A stretch of DNA of 64,000 nucleotides from Spirochaetota bacterium. Its GTDB lineage: Bacteria; Spirochaetota; UBA4802; JAFGJZ01. How positions within the stretch are numbered: position 1 is the first letter of the stretch; each line of letters begins with the position of its first letter. The translations under genes were made by a program, and so were the position numbers. Shown here one piece after another: positions 62,293-64,000 of this stretch. The notes beneath the pieces are model-generated. The model was not told the origin of the DNA, searched no databases, and was given only the letters and a program-made list of their open reading frames with translations. The stretch lies in contig DAOPBR010000004.1 of assembly GCA_035395685.1 (NCBI GenBank), forward strand, positions 2,059-66,058, in the 5' to 3' direction.

Positions 62293-63105
62293 ATGAAATT
62301 TAAATTTTGTCTGATTGCTTTATCTTTTTGTTTTATTTCTTCGGTTGTTTATTCCGTACAGAAAAGCCCCCATAATCTAAATGCTGAACCTGTTGAGGGA
62401 ACTCAGGGCCGTTATTTTCCGGCTATAAAGTTTAAATCGATAGACAGCGTTTCTGTAAGCACAATGCTTCCTGCTGAATCTCTCGGTAGAAAGCGTGAGA
62501 CGATTATACTGCCGCGTAATCAATGGATTTACGATGATAAAACAGGTTTGATAGAAGTTAAGAGAAAAATTGATAATTCCGCATATATTGTGAGGGCGGA
62601 AGGAAAGTTTGAGACGCCGCTATGCGTAATGGTTACAGGCGGTGAAAAAGCTTCTAATATTAGATTTGTTTGTAACGGAAAAATCGGAAAGGCGGGTACA
62701 GATTATTCATATGATGAGAAAAAGAATGAGATAAAACTGATTTTGTGCGTTAAAGGTGATGAAAAATACATGCTTCAGTATTCAACATCGAAAGGCGCCT
62801 GCAGTATCGGGTCTATGAGCTCTGCTGATATGACAAGAGAAATCCGCGCATATTTTGAATGGCCGTTAGACGGAAATGCTACCGCAATTGATGATTCCTG
62901 CCGTAAATTCAGTTCCAAAAATGTTTCATTCAAAGGTGTATGGCTTGTTCAGCTTCTTCCTAAAAATAACGGCTATTTCGGAAAAGATATAATAAATGAC
63001 TTCAAGTGGGATGCTGTCTCAAATGTTTTGATACTTTCTGAGCCCGTTGACACCGATAAATATGATGTTTATATTTTCGGAGAAGAGAAAAGTCAGGATA
63101 ATTAA
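62293..63105 (+). CDS. Unknown secreted protein
   Basis: Signal peptide; 270 aa. Confidence 0.5.
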   Translation: MKFKFCLIALSFCFISSVVYSVQKSPHNLNAEPVEGTQGRYFPAIKFKSIDSVSVSTMLPAESLGRKRETIILPRNQWIYDDKTGLIEVKRKIDNSAYIVRAEGKFETPLCVMVTGGEKASNIRFVCNGKIGKAGTDYSYDEKKNEIKLILCVKGDEKYMLQYSTSKGACSIGSMSSADMTREIRAYFEWPLDGNATAIDDSCRKFSSKNVSFKGVWLVQLLPKNNGYFGKDIINDFKWDAVSNVLILSEPVDTDKYDVYIFGEEKSQDN

Positions 63106-63150
63106 TTTGCCAATAAATGAATTTTGTGCGATAATATATGAGAGGTTGCG

Positions 63151-63432
63151 ATGAATACGATTAAAGTTGAAGGAACTGATAAGGGACATGTGCTTCTTCT
63201 CGGTTTGAGTACCTGCATCTGGTGCAAAAAGACCAAGGAATTTCTTGAGTCCAATAATGTTCAGTTTGAATATGTTTTTGTGGATCTTCTCGAATCCGAA
63301 GAAAAAGATAAAGTTAAGGAAACACTCAAGAAATGGAATCCGGCATGTTCGTATCCAACTCTTGTTCTTAATAATTCCTCGTGCGTAGTCGGATTTGACG
63401 AAGAGAAAATCAAGCTGGAGCTTTTAATATGA
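63151..63432 (+). CDS. Glutaredoxin-like small thioredoxin-fold protein (CIWC active site)
   Basis: LGLSTCIWCKKTKEFL; 93 aa. Confidence 0.7.
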   Translation: MNTIKVEGTDKGHVLLLGLSTCIWCKKTKEFLESNNVQFEYVFVDLLESEEKDKVKETLKKWNPACSYPTLVLNNSSCVVGFDEEKIKLELLI

Positions 63433-63926
63433 GTTCAGAAGTTTCGGAAAAAGAAATAGAGGATCTTTATAAAAAGATCAAATCCGCGGCTGATTCAGGT
63501 GGTTATATTCTTAATCCCGATAATTCATTCACGCTTGCCCTGATCGAAGGGCTCATCGTAAACGAAAAACGTTACGGATATCAAGCTTGCCCGTGCCGTT
63601 TGGCTTCGGGAACAAAAAATGAAGACCTTGACATAATATGCCCATGCGACTACAGAGATCAGGATATCAATGAGTTCGGAGCCTGTTACTGCGCTTTATA
63701 TGTGAACAAGGCTGTTGCTGAAGGAAAGCAGAAGCTTAAGCCTGTTCCGGAAAGGAGAAGTGCGGAAAGAAAGGATTCATCTGCGGAAACGGTTTCAACA
63801 GCGAATTTAAAATATCCCGTTTGGCGTTGTACTGTATGCGGATATATTTGCGCGAGAACCAATCCGCCGGAAATATGTCCTATTTGCAAGGTTCCGAAGG
63901 AAAGATTTGAAATATTTATGAAATAA
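63429..63926 (+). CDS. Ferredoxin:thioredoxin-reductase catalytic-subunit-like domain (CPC...CPC...CYC) fused to C-terminal rubredoxin
   Basis: ACPCRLASG...IICPCDY...GACYCALY then WRCTVCGYIC...ICPICKVPK (two CxxC); ATGA overlap with the glutaredoxin gene. Confidence 0.7.
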   Translation: MSSEVSEKEIEDLYKKIKSAADSGGYILNPDNSFTLALIEGLIVNEKRYGYQACPCRLASGTKNEDLDIICPCDYRDQDINEFGACYCALYVNKAVAEGKQKLKPVPERRSAERKDSSAETVSTANLKYPVWRCTVCGYICARTNPPEICPICKVPKERFEIFMK

Positions 63927-63935
63927 GGAAGAAAC

Positions 63936-64000
63936 ATGAAAAAAGTCATTGCTTTATGTCTTGTGATGCTTGCTCTTGAATGCACAGCAAAAAAAATCGA
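63936..64000 (+). CDS. Partial CDS (5' end only): putative lipoprotein MKKVIALCLVMLALECTAKKI...
   Basis: ATG with AAGGAAG RBS; runs off window. Confidence 0.35.
   Translation, partial: MKKVIALCLVMLALECTAKKI

Overview
A 64 kb window from a low-GC (about 38% by eye) diderm bacterium. There are many Sec/lipobox lipoproteins, an AMIN-domain amidase, SPOR, DUF115/Maf-like and PPi-PFK genes; the content is compatible with a spirochaete- or FCB-like lineage, but I cannot assign a taxon. Most of the window is core chromosome. Housekeeping genes include pfp, tag, a hybrid histidine kinase, an amiC-like amidase, guaB, trpS, pssA-like, coaE, tsaD, ctp, pepF and a csoR-copZ pair. A complete canonical F-type ATP synthase operon (atpI/Z-B-E-F-H-A-G-D-C) lies at 45.0-51.7 kb on the minus strand. 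From primary sequence and secondary structure I found five tRNAs (Leu-CAG, Ala-GGC, Glu-UUC, Lys-UUU, Arg-CCG) and an orphan 5S rRNA gene; several of these overlap ORFs in the supplied track that are therefore spurious. Accessory or unusual content: (i) a 7-gene minus-strand array of uncharacterised small membrane, secreted and cytoplasmic proteins at 57.0-60.4 kb, which looks AT-rich by eye, is headed by a degenerate ABC-ATPase-like pseudoenzyme and sits next to a RelE/ParE toxin-antitoxin pair; (ii) an FGE (formylglycine-generating-enzyme) domain gene whose N-terminal part appears split from an upstream signal-peptide ORF at an A7/T7 homopolymer (frameshift or phase-variation candidate), next to two tandem paralogous lipoproteins and a decayed paralog fragment of another lipoprotein; (iii) a GC-rich, hairpin-dense noncoding block at 0.33-0.72 kb containing a 20-nt palindromic element that recurs 55 kb away; (iv) a 9-bp tandem repeat abutting the stop codon of a ClpX-like AAA+ gene; (v) a glutaredoxin-like protein followed by an FTR-like/rubredoxin fusion. 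No CRISPR, no recognisable restriction-modification or Cas genes, and no transposase were seen.
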